Source of the DNA: Catajapyx aquilonaris
Lineage: Eukaryota
Reading direction: 5' to 3'
NCBI GenBank assembly: GCA_000934665.2
Contig: JYFJ02001992.1
Span: 1 to 64,000 of the forward strand
DNA length: 64,000 nucleotides
The notes beneath the pieces are model-generated. The model did no database searches and was not told the origin of the DNA. It saw only the letters and a list, made by a program, of their open reading frames with translations. The first letter of the stretch is position 1; each line of letters starts with the position of its first letter. Of the stretch, positions 24,798 through 39,580 are shown piece after piece. The position numbers and the translations under genes are program-made.

Positions 24798-27700
24798 GCA
24801 ATGACATTTTGCAAATTTTATTGTGAACTGGTGTAGCCGGGTTTACTGAAAAATTTAATAGAGGCAAGGTTTGTGGTGTTTCAATCAGTTGACCAATGAT
24901 TTACAAATGACATCGCGGCTGATTGGAGCACCACGTGTCTAATGAAGTTCTCAGGTATTTGCCGAATTAACAGATAATTGCATCGCTTTTGATATATAAA
25001 ACAGACCTTGCGCGTGACATCCGTGATTATATCCATGCATAAAATCACATTTTTTTAAAAATAAAGGGGGCAATCAGTGATAAAACCGCACAAATCAAAC
25101 CACTCATTTTCTTTCAAGCAAATCGTAATTAGTTCATTTATTTTTCCGTAATGGCCATATCAGAACGGAGACTTTGACATTTAATAAATTCTGTCAAATA
25201 TTGCGCAAACTCTAGTTCCGTGCGCAGGCCCACTAAAAATATTTTAAAAAATTCTGGCTGAACATGTTGGCCGCCTGAGTGTTGTGTAAGACAAACCAAA
25301 AAAAAAACCCGTCGAATTCACTATTATCTCCCCGCCATCAGTAGAGAAGCCCCAAAACTTACATTTGGACAGAAAAAAAAGGTTGAGCTTGGTAAGCTAT
25401 CGAAACGTCAGCTGAAAAAGCTATGAATGCCAAGCATTTTTCGATACCAAAGACAAAATCGAAACAGCTTTAAAAATGGGGTATTTGGGGGGTGGGGGCA
25501 TGAAGGACGGTGTGGGCTACTAGTGCCGCCTATCGATCGTCCCCGTTTTCTCTTTTCAGATGGCAGACTACCACTACATGGCATCCAGGTATTATTAGAA
25601 TTCACCACCAACAAGAGTCCCAAAGTGTTTGTGTTAGACCTGACCACAGGGCCTTGCCAAAGTCATTTCTTTTCTAGAGAAGCTGTATTCCAGCCCCTGC
25701 AAGAAACCTCACGAAAAAATAATCAACAATATAAATATTTGGAAAAACATTTCTCATTCCTAGCTGAGATGAATGGTAAATAGTATAATTCACTTTATAG
25801 AGGGGGCGGCTTGAAAATCGTTGTTATTCGAGCATACAAAGAAGGCCCCCCTGGGGGTGAGATAAGAGTCTTTACTTCCACACGACAATTAGAGTGGCGA
25901 ACCCGCTGTAAGTGGCTTGCGTTTCTACACAAACACTGTGCACGAGCACACGCTTTTGTTTTGGCAACCTTCCTCTGTTGTTGGATGCGGAGTGTCAACG
26001 TTATATATAAACATACCCCCTGGTCGTGTGGTCCAAAATGACTCAACGACACTGTTTCGGTGCTCAATAAGATGTCCTTGTTCTATGTAAAACGCTCCCA
26101 AGTAGGGCAATATAAGGCAGACTAAACATTGGGCTTAAGTAGCATTTAGGTGCATGATGTTTTTTTAGAAAATATGTACCTACGATAGTGCAATTTGGGA
26201 TAGAAATAGAACATAACCTAAGTCTGGAAATTGTGAGCTACGTTTTGACAACAATGATCGGTAAGCCCATTTCTCTTATTATTTGACTATCGTGACGTAT
26301 CTACGTTGGAGAATATACCATCAAAAATGTGTTATTTATGCGTATACCATGAAAATGCACAATGATCATGTTATATGCATGTGCATCACAAAAGTAATGC
26401 TCTGTAATTGGGGAATATTATGACCAAGTGATGTAAATGCTGTGCTGTCCACCAAGGTCAATAATTTATTCGGGAGCCAAATTCCAGTTGTTATGTCATA
26501 CACTATTCATTTGAAGCTTTTAAAAAGTGTCGATAGGCTATACCACTAGGATAGTGCAGCTACTAATGAACTGGATGTGAATAAAACTGATTATATATCT
26601 GCTTAAAGATTTCGAAGGATATCTCACCGGTAGTAATTCATTAATATGACGAACAATATCATATATCATTTAAATGGACGATTTAAAAATAGAAGACATA
26701 ATGGCAGACTTTCTGCATATAACTTTTCATTAGTATGCTCCCTCCCTGAAGAGATAAACACCCAGAAAATGCTCTCGGCAGCGTAAAATTACAGGCACTT
26801 TTTCCCAATAATCTTTATAGGCATTCTGAAGTTCTCGAGCAGCATGGCTTATCGGCAGGATAACGATCATAAATCCTACTCGAACCAAATCCCATATCAG
26901 AATAAATAACATTCTTCCAATAAACTGTTACTTAAAACCCGTTAGTAAAGATCGCAGGAACAATAACAAACGTGACAGGTAAATATTACACCAAGTCGAG
27001 ACTAAAGCTATCATGACATCCCCTGCACTGTAGCTCCACGTCAATAAACCCTGTATCAAATAGCCTAGTTCCTCCACTTTGCCACACCTCCCTGGCGATG
27101 AACCGCGAAGACCAAAATGTTATCAGCATGTGAGGATTGATGTCTGCCCTTACTACTCCCATTCCCAACTCCTACTTCTGGAAAGACTACCGGTGTAGAT
27201 ATCAATCTTCGTGTTCCGTGCTTCCTAGAAATATAATAGGTATCTCAAGTGCAATGCGTATTTTGCGCCATGACGACAGTGAGAGAGGATCGATCTGAGC
27301 CACAGGGACAGTCAGAAATTCCCGAATTTATCATGGAAAAAAATGGTGGGCGCGAAAATAAAATATATATATTTAAAAAAATCTACTGTATGGTGGCGCA
27401 ACTAACCTTGGCTTTGGCTTTTTGGCATTGGCTTTCTTTATCGCAAACACTTCCCTCGCTTCTCCATTTCCCTTTCCAGATGTCCCACGCTATTCTGAGC
27501 GCAGCCGAGATTTCCTAGGAGATGTTCCACAACACCCCGCCTCTCCCCATTTCCTATCTCCAGGAAACCCCAATACCCGCAAGGACGGTCGGCTGTCATT
27601 ACCCACTCCGATTAAAATCATCACCACCCCCCTCTTGCCCGTTCCCCTATGTAAATCCAGTGTTTGCGAGGAAGGTGTCATATGTCTAGAAGGTGTCGCA

Positions 27701-28284
27701 CTGTCAAGGGCAGGATTCTCGTTAAGCTAATAGCCTAGCACCATGTAAACAAGATAGTTATTTTTACTAGACGTGAGAAACGAATAGCTATCGGATGTCC
27801 AAATCCGGCATTATTTGACACGCTAAGTGCTGTTATTGAACCGTGTATGATTATCGTAAATGGTCATTAACTTTATTCCCATCGGAACAGTATTTTGTCA
27901 TTGTGTATTTCATATGCTTTATCATAGGACCAACATGGCTGTCACTTATGGTGGAGCAGCCCAAATACATGGTGCACTGCCCAAGTCTGTATAGAAGGGA
28001 GGCTGAAATGATGAATTATATAGTCCAGCAAAGAGTTCATTATTTTGTTCTTTAAACTGGTTGCTGGGGTAAACAACCCATAACTTCTTCCTTGAACTGG
28101 GGACATTGGGCAGTGCAGCCCCAATGTATGTGTTCCGATTGAAATTACCTTATAGCGGTTAGGGATTTTCAAAGTTAAGCTGCTCATTTTAATCACTTTT
28201 GCATTATTACTTTTAATGACTGTCAACGGCATTAGCTACTAATATTAAGATGTGTGGAGCCATCGCTATAAATGCTTTCAAATA

Positions 28285-28518
28285 CAGGGTGTTCCAAAAA
28301 TCAGTGGGTAGTTTTTTTTAAAATAACTGATATTGGCCGATATTTTTTTGTAGCTTGTCGTGCCCCTAACCACGTGCCCCCTTCTATAGCAATTGATACA
28401 TTCGACCTCCTGGGTGTAATGGGGAACCTGGATCGGGGCACAACAATCTACAATAATAACTTATATCGGGCGATATCTGGTAAAAAAAAAAAACGACACA
28501 CGAATTTGGACCACCCTG
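28285..28518. mobile_element. CAGGGTG-ended MITE
   Basis: ta-cagggtgttccaaa...tttggaccaccctg-ta. Confidence 0.7.
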
Positions 28519-29725
28519 TATATTCGTTCTGTAAACGATGTTTTATGCCAATAGTTTCGGATATTCATTGAAATTCACAGCTTAGGTGATTCAACTCGGG
28601 CTCATAATAGCATCAAATACTTTACCATTACAAGCAACTATGCAAAAGTAACTGCTTAATAAGCAGCTTAGTGTTAAAATCGCTAACCAATAAGATCATT
28701 TCAATTGAAACACAGATTCATCCAAGCGTAGGTAAGTTTGGAACTTTTTTTCTGTTGAAAGATGACAACTCACTTTGGAAGTACGTCGTACCTTCGTCAT
28801 ATGCAACAGTCATCTCCAGTTCTATGGTTAGCTCACTTCAGATGCAATAACGGTCCACAAGATGCGACTCTCTGGTTTATTATCACAATATTTTAGTTGT
28901 AGTGCATGCTCACAATGGCAAAGCACGGAACACGCGTCAACACTGATCCAACAAGGCCGCCCCTTACGTTAGCGCACATCACAATGACACAATTACGGTA
29001 TCTGGTAGACATAAGTGCACAAGGCAAGGTGGATTATTTCGGTATGCATTAATGGAAACATTACTGAATATAATACTGAAAAGGTTCTTGATGAATATAG
29101 TTAAACACATTATTTTCCTTCAATATTATTATTTCGAATGTAATCCTAACCGTTGAAAATTGATGTTTCCACGAACATTTTCTAAAATAATCCAGTAAGT
29201 AGGGAGGTAACCATGGTTTCATTCGGTTCCGTCCCCGAGCATAGCCCCATCTCAAGTTTCACAAATTATGCAAGAAAATAAGTTGTGGGTCGGGGGGGGG
29301 GGGTGTCCGGGGGTTCCACCTCCCCCCAAAAATATGAACTTCACAATGGCTGTATGCATTCAGGCGCATGCTTGGAAAAGCGTATGCGTGTGAGGGTGAA
29401 AGGGGGGGAGGTGGAGAGGGGTGTGAAGTTGAACCCGTAACCCCCATTGGATACGACCCTGGGAATGAGGATAATTCCACCGGGTGTACTTATGCCTTTT
29501 TTCCCACATACCGTAAGCGTCCGAAGATATTTGCCAGGTCAGACGCAATAATGGACCACATCTGGCTACGTCCCCCAGCTTACTATGGTACCACAATAGA
29601 TTGTTGTTTTGTTCACGTTCCGGGCTAGGCATTAAGGCATCACGCATGCGCCGATCCAACATGGCCGCCCCCTGTGTTAGTCATCTTCCGTCCGGCCGCC
29701 AAGTGGCAGCACAGGCGTCGCTTAC

Positions 29726-30112
29726 CCGCTGAGCTGTACGTTGGAATATGAGAGGCATGTGGGGCTGCTGCAATCAGCATTGGGCAAGAAGACGTCGTCA
29801 GCTCCTGTGGAACATGCGGATATCTTCTTGGGCGATCCCTTGGGCCGAGGGGGTCGCTCCTGCCCGGGTTTTAGGACAGGAGTCAGGCCCCACTTTGCCA
29901 CAAACTCAATCCGGGAAATCTTGGCGGCGGGGTGAGGTCGGCCCGCGGAAGCAACCAGATGAAGAGGAAGAAGAGGATGTAGAAGAAGAGGAGGAAGAAG
30001 AAGGAAAGGCTAGAGCTGCTTCCTTGGTCATGCTACAGAGTGGACGGCCCTCGGGAAGACGGCGACGGTGGCGATGGTGCTGGTGGTGCGGATGGTGTTG
30101 GCCCCGGGGCAT
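29726..30112 (-). CDS. Candidate alternative N-terminal exon of Shaker (needs a one-base correction or an internal acceptor at 29919)
   Basis: GC-rich island ending AGC GG|gtaagc (phase 2, compatible with 24507). The donor frame is open for about 90 codons without ATG; an overlapping ATG ORF (MPRGQHHPHH...) lies in the adjacent frame. Confidence 0.4.
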
Positions 30113-31209
30113 CACCAGCACCGGGGGCACTTCATTAGGAGATGGATGGATGGATGGACAGGACAGGAAAGAGAGGAAGAGGGTGAACTCTTCAGTCGGT
30201 CACTTGGTCACAGACCTTCATCTTGACCCCACCGAATGGGGGATGACAGCACTCTTCAGTATGTCTCCTCCATTAAGCCGGTGGGTCACACTTTTTCTGA
30301 CCTAGGTCAGCTAACGTATCACGCACGCCACCAAACCTCACGGACACGCGTCCTTCTAGAGACTAAGTTTGGGAGCAGGAGTGTTGACGAGTCTCCTCCT
30401 CGGGCCTTTTGGAGGTTGGCCATGGCAGACCCCCCTCTCTAGGCCTGGCAACCATCTCCCCCCTCCATTCCCACTACCCCTCCTTCCCCTTACCTCTTGA
30501 TGGCGCTTCACCCCCATCCTCTCGCAACCAGCTTAACATCGATCGACGGCGCAGTGGAAGCTACGCATGCACGCGCCATGTTTGTTAGTAACCCTCCCTT
30601 CCCTTCCCTTCCCTCTCCTCCCTACCCCTCTCACCGACGCTACCACACATCTCTTACATCAGAGAATCGCTGCAACTTTGATGCAGAAATCATGCCTGGG
30701 GGATTCAACAAGTCCTTCTTCCTTTCCTCTCCACTCAACCCACCCAGACAACATTTTTGTGCGCCTCTTGCACTTCGGAACTTCATTTCGGCGGTGGTCC
30801 AAAATAAATTGGCACCTGGTATGTGGCTTGTGAGGTTTTGGATCCTGCAACCAGTTTTTGCTCGCTCGGGGGCATCGTTTCCACTACTCATGTTATTGCG
30901 CGTAGCAGAATTGCCCTTAGCGATTTTATCCAATCATCTCTCTGCAGTTGGCCAGAGGGACACCTCATAAATATTATGGTCTTTCACATAGGTTCGTTTT
31001 GTTATATTTAAAAAAAAATCAACAGTAGGTAATAAATTAACGGGCAATGTAACAAAGTGAATAATTCTGCTCATTTTTATTGCGGTGTAAACTATGAATT
31101 CCCTAAGGCCTAAACTAACACTGCGCACTTTCGCAATTATAAATGCTACAAAAAGTTAGAAAAGCAAGCACCAGATTGAAATTAAACAACCATTTCAATA
31201 TTGATAATT

Positions 31210-31211
<2 letters not shown>

Positions 31212-31270
<59 letters not shown>
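31212..31270. repeat. (CAT)n microsatellite
   Basis: Visible tandem CAT. Confidence 0.95.
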
Positions 31271-31271
<1 letters not shown>

Positions 31272-31480
31272 CGACATTTCCCTATAAGGGGTAGTCAGCG
31301 ATGACGGGAGCCACAAGCTAACCAAAAATATGAACTAAATTAAAACTTGTAAAAATAAACCTATATAAATAATTAATGTATCCTGATAAACGCGTTGTTT
31401 ATTTACAATGAAAATGGTGTAACGGAAACACCCACAAAGAGTTCCCGTAAATGCGCAATTTTAAATAATTCTCGGTTGTA

Positions 31481-31812
31481 CAGGGTGTTTCAACGGTTTT
31501 GTCCGAACAGTTATATCGGAAAATTGCACGTAGCTGCTACTTTGTAAGAAGTGACTGGCAAACGGTGATTTTTCGGAGGAACGGGGAATATTCCCTGCGA
31601 ATCGTATGTTGAAGTGGCAGACGTGCTGCCCGCTGAAAATTGAGGGACAAGCCTGGAAAAAAGAGGGTCACACATGCCATGGGATGTGTGACCCTCTTTT
31701 TCCCCATTCCCCACTCATCCGGCAAATCACCGGTTGCAAGTCACTGCTTACAAAGTAGCAGCTACGTGCAATTTTCCGATAACTGTTCGGACAAAAAAGT
31801 TGAAACACCCTG
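31481..31812. mobile_element. CAGGGTG-ended MITE with about 90-bp TIRs and an internal hairpin
   Basis: ta-cagggtgtttcaac...gttgaaacaccctg-ta; internal aaaaagagggtcacacat/atgtgtgaccctcttttt. Confidence 0.88.
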
Positions 31813-31842
31813 TATATGGGTACATTTGAGGAGCGTATAATT

Positions 31843-31978
<136 letters not shown>

Positions 31979-34900
31979 CATACACAAAAGTGTATTGTGA
32001 CCTACCCTTTAACATGAATGTTACGCAGTAGTTTGCCAAACACTATTATATGGGGCATGATTATAATTATATAGATTATCACTCATTAATTTAATTCCAA
32101 TGAATAGAGTGCACACAGATCAGTCGCTAAATTAATTAACATGTAATTTTAACAATTATGGATAAAAATAGGACACCAACATGGCATAATTCGTTCATGT
32201 CTTTACGGAGTCATCAGTCCTAGTAATAAGGGGAAAAGTTCCAGGAAGAATGTATCAAGTCTTACAGTTAGTATCTTCATTGTGGATTCTCTCAAAAAAT
32301 CAATTTCCAGTGAGACAACAACCTGGCAGCTTCCATCACTTTCCGCAATGATATTTTTTTGGGGTCACGTTTGTGGACAGTGTGACCATTTCAAGAGGCT
32401 CCTGTGACTTGCCATTTCCCCCCCCCCCCCTTAATCACTTCCTGAAATTGAACCACAGCACTTCCCAACCCACCCCCACATTTCCACTTGACTTTGAAAT
32501 AAATATGGCAGTTTCCCGCAGCTTTTTTGCCAGGAATGTAAACCGTCTACATATAGAAAAGTCGTCTCGAGGGCCTTCCTAATTTGTTTCCGGAACCCGT
32601 GGCTTATTTTCCCAGACCAACATGCAATAACTTATTTATAGTAGGCCATTATACCACCAAGAAGACTTCCTCAGCATCTTTTTGGCTGTCAAAATAAAGC
32701 CAATCGCTTAGTTCTTTCCTTACAACATTCCTCATATCCTATACCAGGAAGTCGTTATTTCAGAGTGTCAGATCCTGACCTACCTAACTGCCAAACCTAT
32801 CTATTAATCCCGAAGTCCTACAGTATTACAACTCACGTGAAGTTCGCAAATTGATTCTCATGGACGTCAATGGGGGAAATAGGGTAAAACGATGCCGTTA
32901 AGATCGTGTATCTATGTTATGACCAGTGGAGTGAATCGACCAGTGAGGATCTGGCAGCAATCCATATAATTATAGCCAATCCGTCTGGCTCTTATTTGAC
33001 CACGGTGGTTAATAAGCGTGCAATGTGGGGGTACCATGGTATGAGTAGTGTTGAACTTGAATGTGTTAGCCTTGGTACTGCTCTTGATATGATTTGAAGG
33101 TCGTATGCGCAAGAAGGCAACAAGGCATAGTTATGCGTTGCCAGCTTGTCGAGTGGCTTTGAATGGCAGGTTGGATAACTGTCAACTTCACTGGTGGTCA
33201 CCATACATAAAGTGCACGAGTATATCCATATCTCAATGCATGTTATTAATTTGTCTACTCCCACACTGGAGGTCGTCAGTCGTGGGCTGGGTCAGGGGCG
33301 GGTCAGAGGTCTTTAGCTATCAACAGGTCTAATTACATATTGCAGGCGAGGAGACCAAATTGCCGACAGGCAGATCAATTATCTACTTTACCCACACGCT
33401 TATTATTTTCTGCGCTCTAATCGATAATGCCCCGGGTTTTTTTTTTCTTTTTTTAAACTTCAAAACTTAAAGAGAGGAACTGTAAGTTCACAGAATACCG
33501 GTAGATGAATTCTGGTTGGGACATGGCGGAAGAAAATTGCGCAACTGACAAAAAAATGTGGGCAACTGTAACAGGAGCCGAAGCCAAGAGCGTAGTCATT
33601 CTTTAGGGTTTCCAAACACTAGCCACTTTTCGACACCGTGGACATTTCGAGAAGGAAACAAGTACCGAGGATGACAACATTTAGTAGCTGTCTGAATGGA
33701 TGGGGATATAGGCTAACCTAGAAATAAAAATAAGTCTGATGGACTCAAAACAGTATCAACTGATCATAAACTTACAGCACTTGATCTATATAAAAAAGCT
33801 ATTCATTTCTGCAAAATATTGACGTATGAACTGTCACAGAGAAATTCATGATATGTATGTTGCCAGTTTCGTACTTTTACTAGCACTTATCACCAGGCCA
33901 TATTTGGCTAGAGCAATTCGCAGCCCATCATTTTCGTTTTGGAAAAAAAAAAAAATCTTCTAGTGTTTAGACAGGTTTCAATCTCATGGGTAAATTGGGT
34001 GCAAAACTGAACTAGGCGACGAGCAAGTGTTTTCTCGCAGCGCTGAAGTGCGTTAAGTGGAGATGACTTGAAATACAACTGGCGGGGGGNGGGGGTAAAA
34101 GGATCGAGAAAGCAAGAATTGAAATCCGTCCAGATGGTCGTGAAAAACATCCACCTGCTAATTGGCAGACATGGCAAGGCGTCAAGCACGTAATCAGGAG
34201 ATTTTTATCCGCCGTTGCAACAACCTGCTTCCAGAACTATGCATCGCTTCAGCCAATCGCACACAAATCGCCACCAACTCCTATCTCCAACGCTGCGTCC
34301 TCCAAGAAGACACATTCATGTGTGCACACAACCTGTTGACAAAGCTCACTCATAAATCTAATGGTCCATTTGTTTCTCGGCATTCCGGCCTTCCAAGGCA
34401 GCGATGTCATCTCTCTTCCTTTGTACTTTCTTTTTTGAGAAAAAAATATTGATATATATTTTCAGCAAACATAGACAGCCCTTCCTTATAGTTCCAACAC
34501 TGCTTACAGTTCCAGAATATCAACCAACAGTAAGTTAAACCTACTTAGTTACAACAGAACTGATTCGAGGAAGTATCCTGAGATGGATTATTCAAGCCAA
34601 TATTCAACTCTAACATGACTACTTCGTCCATACAGTAGTTTCCTTGCATATTGCAACACTAAATTACTCTCTGCAGTCGCATGCCTGTATACCACCAAGA
34701 ATTTCAGAGAACTGATCGTTGCCTAGTTTCAGGAGCAATTTCCCCACAGCCAATAATCAGTTTCCAACCCTGTATATCTCAGCCAATCACCTCGTCAGCT
34801 TCTTTCCAACGCTGTTCTTTTCCGTCCAATCACAATTAATCTGAGGCTCTAAACCCTAAGCTCCTGGACTCTAAACCTCCATTCTCCATTTACTAACCCC

Positions 34901-36609
34901 TCCCTCTTCTCCAGCTCTTCTCCAGCTCTTCTTCCTCAGCCACCTCTTTTCACAGAGCTGAGTCCCAGCTAATTCTAAGGGTCAGCCCTTTTTGATCAAA
35001 GAGATGGGGAGGATGGGGNGGGGGGGGGGGGGGGGGGGGGGGGACACGACGACACTTGATGGGTGGAAAATCCCAGATTGTCCACGGAGTTGGGCGTCGC
35101 CCAGAAGAAGAGAAAAGGAGAGGAGACAAAAAAAGAAGTAGGCAGAGAAGAGAATGGGGGCAAAAGGGGATAGGCATAGGAGTCAGGGGAGGCGCTGGCA
35201 CTTTTGGATAAGTCCTCTTTCGGATCAATAGCAGGCAGACTCACTCTGGACCACAAGGGTCTGTGGCAACTGCTCTTATGCCGCTACGATCAATGTTCTC
35301 CTGGACCTCTCTTCCACACCCATTTTCCACAAGGAGAGGTGGGGGGTATTTCACCTGAACTTAAGTGGTTCAGAAGATGCCAGGCAGAACATGCCAAGCG
35401 ATCAATCTGTCCGAGGGAGTGAGAATACAAAAGCAACGTGTAGGCCGGACAAGGTTGACCATGAGACACTGTTTTGGTAACAACAACGGGAGTCGCATTT
35501 TGTCGTATGATGCTATAGTATCCAACATACTGGACCAAGCCTCGAAATCAGAAATAGGTGGGTATTACGTGAGTTTTTGGTACGTAGCGTAACACTCTGG
35601 CCCAGCTCCCAGGAATGTTGCGTATGTGACGCAGCACACCGGAAGAACACCTTTCGAACCTGAACTGCTCTGAGCAAGAAAAAATAGGCCATTGACAGTG
35701 CTGCGAATAATGGTTGCCAACAGACTAATGAAAGGAGGGGGGGGGGGGGGGGNAAAAGGGCTTATCGTCGGAGCAATAACTGCCACTCCATTGTTCCTGA
35801 GGACCCCTAATAGCGGATCAGCCTTTTTAAGGGTGGCCATCTTGGCTGAATTTTTCAATCGGTGCTATATACCTCCTCATGGAGCAATATGGCTTGATAT
35901 AACCTCCCCCTCCCCCCAATCTTTTTGGCCTTATATCAATCCCCCCCCCCCTTCCTGGTGATGAAATTCATGCGATGGCCACTTCTTGCCTGCAGGGATG
36001 AGGAAAAACCCGAAGCCTGACCGCTTTGGAATCAGTCCAGGATCCTAATCAACTCTCTTGAGAAGTGACGTCGTATGAGGATATTTGGTCACTTGAGCCA
36101 AGGTATTTTGTTTCTCGCAATGGCAGAAAGATCTGCTTAATTTTAAAATCTTGTGATGTAGGCCAGTAGTGGGAAGAAAACCGGAACCTTCCGCAAAAGT
36201 TACAGATCTGCAGAAGAATGACGTCACAATGTGGTTCAGGTGATGATGTCAGCATTTTTCAGACTACATAATCCACTCCATCCAAAGGCTTACGTAGGAG
36301 TAGGTTTTTAAAAGTTATTGGATGATTTAGGAGCTAAAATTTTAGGTTGGAAATTCCAGGCATAGAGGCTCTTTATAATAGGGTGGTAGAAGGTTATTGA
36401 CATGTTAAAACATGGAGTCCACCAATTCTATGCTTGTCTCACAGGCATCTTGTAAAAGTCAGCTATGCTAGGATTTTTCGGCCTGAAATTTATGATCCTA
36501 AAGATTTCCATGGGCTTCAGTTAATTACCTCATTAGGTGATCAAATATCCATTTACAGCTCTATCTTGATGCAATGGTATTTTGGTATGATAATAATAAG
36601 GGCTCAACA

Positions 36610-36916
36610 CCGAAGCAGTTTGGAGTAGGGGATATGGTGTCCGACTGCTAATCGGGAGGTCCTGGGATCAAATCCCGGGGCCGGAAACTCTGACTGTGGT
36701 TTTCTGTGGTTTCCCACGGTCCTTCCAGGAAAATTCCGGAGTTGCTTCCGTAATTAATAGGCCACAGCTGCTTCCTTCCGTCCCTATCCTATCCCATAGC
36801 ATAGAGTACAGTAAAAGGAAAAAGCAAAAGAATTCCAGGCAAAACAAACTTCCCCCCTAAAGAGCCGATGGCTGATAACGGGGTATGAATTATTATTATA
36901 TTATTATTATTATTAT
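36610..36916 (+). mobile_element. tRNA-derived SINE, full length, 17-bp TSD
   Basis: A-box-like tggagtagggg, B-box-like ggatcaaatcc and an (ATT)n tail; TSD ataataagggctcaaca at 36593-36609 and 36917-36933. Confidence 0.9.
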
Positions 36917-39407
36917 ATAATAAGGGCTCAACAGAATTAACTAGAGTGACATTCGAGAGATGATGACTATTATTCTGGGCTTTAACTTTGTAGACAGTGC
37001 GTTCTGATTAAAATATCTGTATAGTGGTTAGCGATTTTTTGTCACGGATATTATTATTTTTAAGTAGTTACTCTCGATAAAGGTATAATTCCATTGGTTA
37101 TATAAAAAAATCATCTCCTAGATTGAATGGCACTCATTCAGCCCCTGAATTTGATAACTTCCCAGCTGGATGCGAGTGAGTTCTTTTCACCCACTGTAAC
37201 CTGAGGTCAATGATTAGACCAATATTTCGAAGTTTTGACCTTCCTGCATTAGTTGACAAACGAACGAACCTTCTGAGTTTACAAATTGTAAATTGGGAGA
37301 CACTTTATATTATGATCAAATATTGCGACTGAAGTTATGCATCTGTAATAATTAATAGCATAATTAGTAGCAGTTTTGCATCTATTTATTTAAAAAATCA
37401 TTATTGAGAGACATCATTAGCCGCATAGATTGGATACTCTCGTAATTAGGGATACATTGTGTCGTGTACAGTACTCACAGCACATAATCACGAGTAGGCT
37501 TCATTGCTTCTTTATGGAAAATAATTGCTTGTAATCATGAGCAATCTTCATTAGATGCATGCTACATTTGAAAGAGGAGTGACAAATCCATCCAATTAAC
37601 ACTATTTTTCAAAGTTCAATTTTTGGAGATGCGTAACAGCGGGGGTAATGACGCGAAGGCCTACTTTCAAATGTAGACTACACTAAGACTTTGACAAAGC
37701 AACACACCATGGCGTGCTAAATACCTAACTGAATTAGAATAACTCACGGAATTATTCAGCAATCTGAAAAACTTCCGAATGTCTAGGAACATGGAGTTTG
37801 TTTACATTATGTTTAAACAATGTACAATTATATTTTAATAGTTTTCTTCTGAATATCGCATCTGCATTATTTTATAAATGCCTGGTATTGACGATGAATA
37901 AAAATATAACATACTCTATTGCCAAAAATAGTCACTCCAGGGGAGTTTATGTAATTTATAACAATATCGATATTTAGTTCCAAGAATTCCGCTTCAACAT
38001 GGTACCGCTGGCTCTATGAGTCTACGAGCCAAATACGTCCACAATTATAAAAATATGAATTAGAAATATGAATATTTTCATTAGTTCATCTTTAATCACA
38101 CCTGTCGAATATTGCACAAAACGGACCATTTCTTCTCTACAGCGCCTAATAAGCACTAATGAATTGCAACAAGCGCCTAATGGGATGATATTGTGTCGTA
38201 ATATAGGGACCACACCGGACGGCCGTGGCCTTGACCCGAGCTTGCCAAGGTACTCCCGGCAACCCAAAATATCCCCATCCCGGCAGACCCCTTTTTCTTT
38301 TTCTTCCCCATTTCTTCCCCCTGCCACTCCTCCCCCTCCCTTCTTTTTTCCCGCCCGATTTCCCCGATGGGGAGCTCGCTGTCGGCATTGTCCGCCTTGG
38401 CCCACTACCAAGGCCTTCTGGACGGCCCTCAAGGAAAAAGAACCCCTCTATTTCCAGACACAGCATCCCACGCATCCCATCTGCCACCAGACGAATTCCC
38501 TTTGAATCATTCCCACTTAAATCGATTCAAATCTCCCTCCCAAGGCGTCGGCTGCTTTTGCTCCGTTTCTTCGTTTTTTTTCCCCCCTCGTTTTCCAAGT
38601 AGGCTAATCCTCCTTCTTCCATTTCTTGGATTCCACTTTTCCAGAGGGTTCGACTCGATTAGATAATCCGTGTTTAGGACGGCCGTTGGGATTCTTTCCC
38701 CCCCCCNTTTTTTTCTTCCTCCCCACTTTTCTCCATCTCCATCCCCGTTTCTTCCCTCTCATTCCTTCCCCCTGTTGGAATCAAGGAGCTGGGTCCCTGC
38801 CACCTGGTGGGAAAATGGCGAGAAACGAAATCTGGCAGAGAGAAGGTTCCTGCACTTGCTGCCATCTGACGACATCGCTACGATCGATCAAGTCATTAGT
38901 TGCTTTTTTTATTTTTTTACCATGACGATTTTTTCGTGGGAATTTGCACTTTGCGCATGTGACGAATCTGATTTATCAAACGGTATCAATCATGAGAATC
39001 GGAACCCACGAATTATGGAGGCAACAAACCCTTTTACGGATAACGTCTTGCTGACTAACATGTTTTTTCAAAGCATGAAAGTTGCCATTAATATATCTTC
39101 CTTCGTCCACCCCACCCTCCAAACCCCACCCTTCCCTAAAACACTGATCAATAAGCCATTATTGAATGAGAACATTTACATTATTCATGGTTCCATGCAG
39201 CGGATATTCGACAGGATTTATTTTTATACCACTGTCAACATAGTCTTGCACTGAATGACTGGATCGACTATTGGGAAATAGTGCGGTGAAAGACAGTCAC
39301 AGCATCACTACTTATCCTGAACTACTATCAAACCATGAGGTTCTCTTGTTCAACCGTTTGCCTAACTGCTAGGCGATACACACTGCGCCTGTACCTTATG
39401 CAACTGT

Positions 39408-39580
39408 TGACCCTGACCATGGTTTTCTGCGGATTTCCATGCCCAGGACAATTCCGGGGTCGTTTCCGTAAAAATAGGCCACAGCCGCTTCCTTCCCTAT
39501 CCCTGGTCCCATCCAATGGTGGTAATCCACCCCCCTAATGGAGCCAAAGGCTCTAGCACGGGGTATGATTTTAAAAAAAA
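39408..39580 (+). mobile_element. 5'-truncated copy of the same SINE, 15-bp TSD
   Basis: Shares ggttttctg.gg.tttcc, aataggccacagc.gcttccttcc and cggggtatga with 36610-36916; A-rich tail; TSD accttatgcaactgt at 39393-39407 and 39581-39595. Confidence 0.88.

Noticed and set aside
36610..36690. tRNA-like sequence
   Set aside because: It is the degenerate head of a TSD-flanked SINE, not a tRNA gene.
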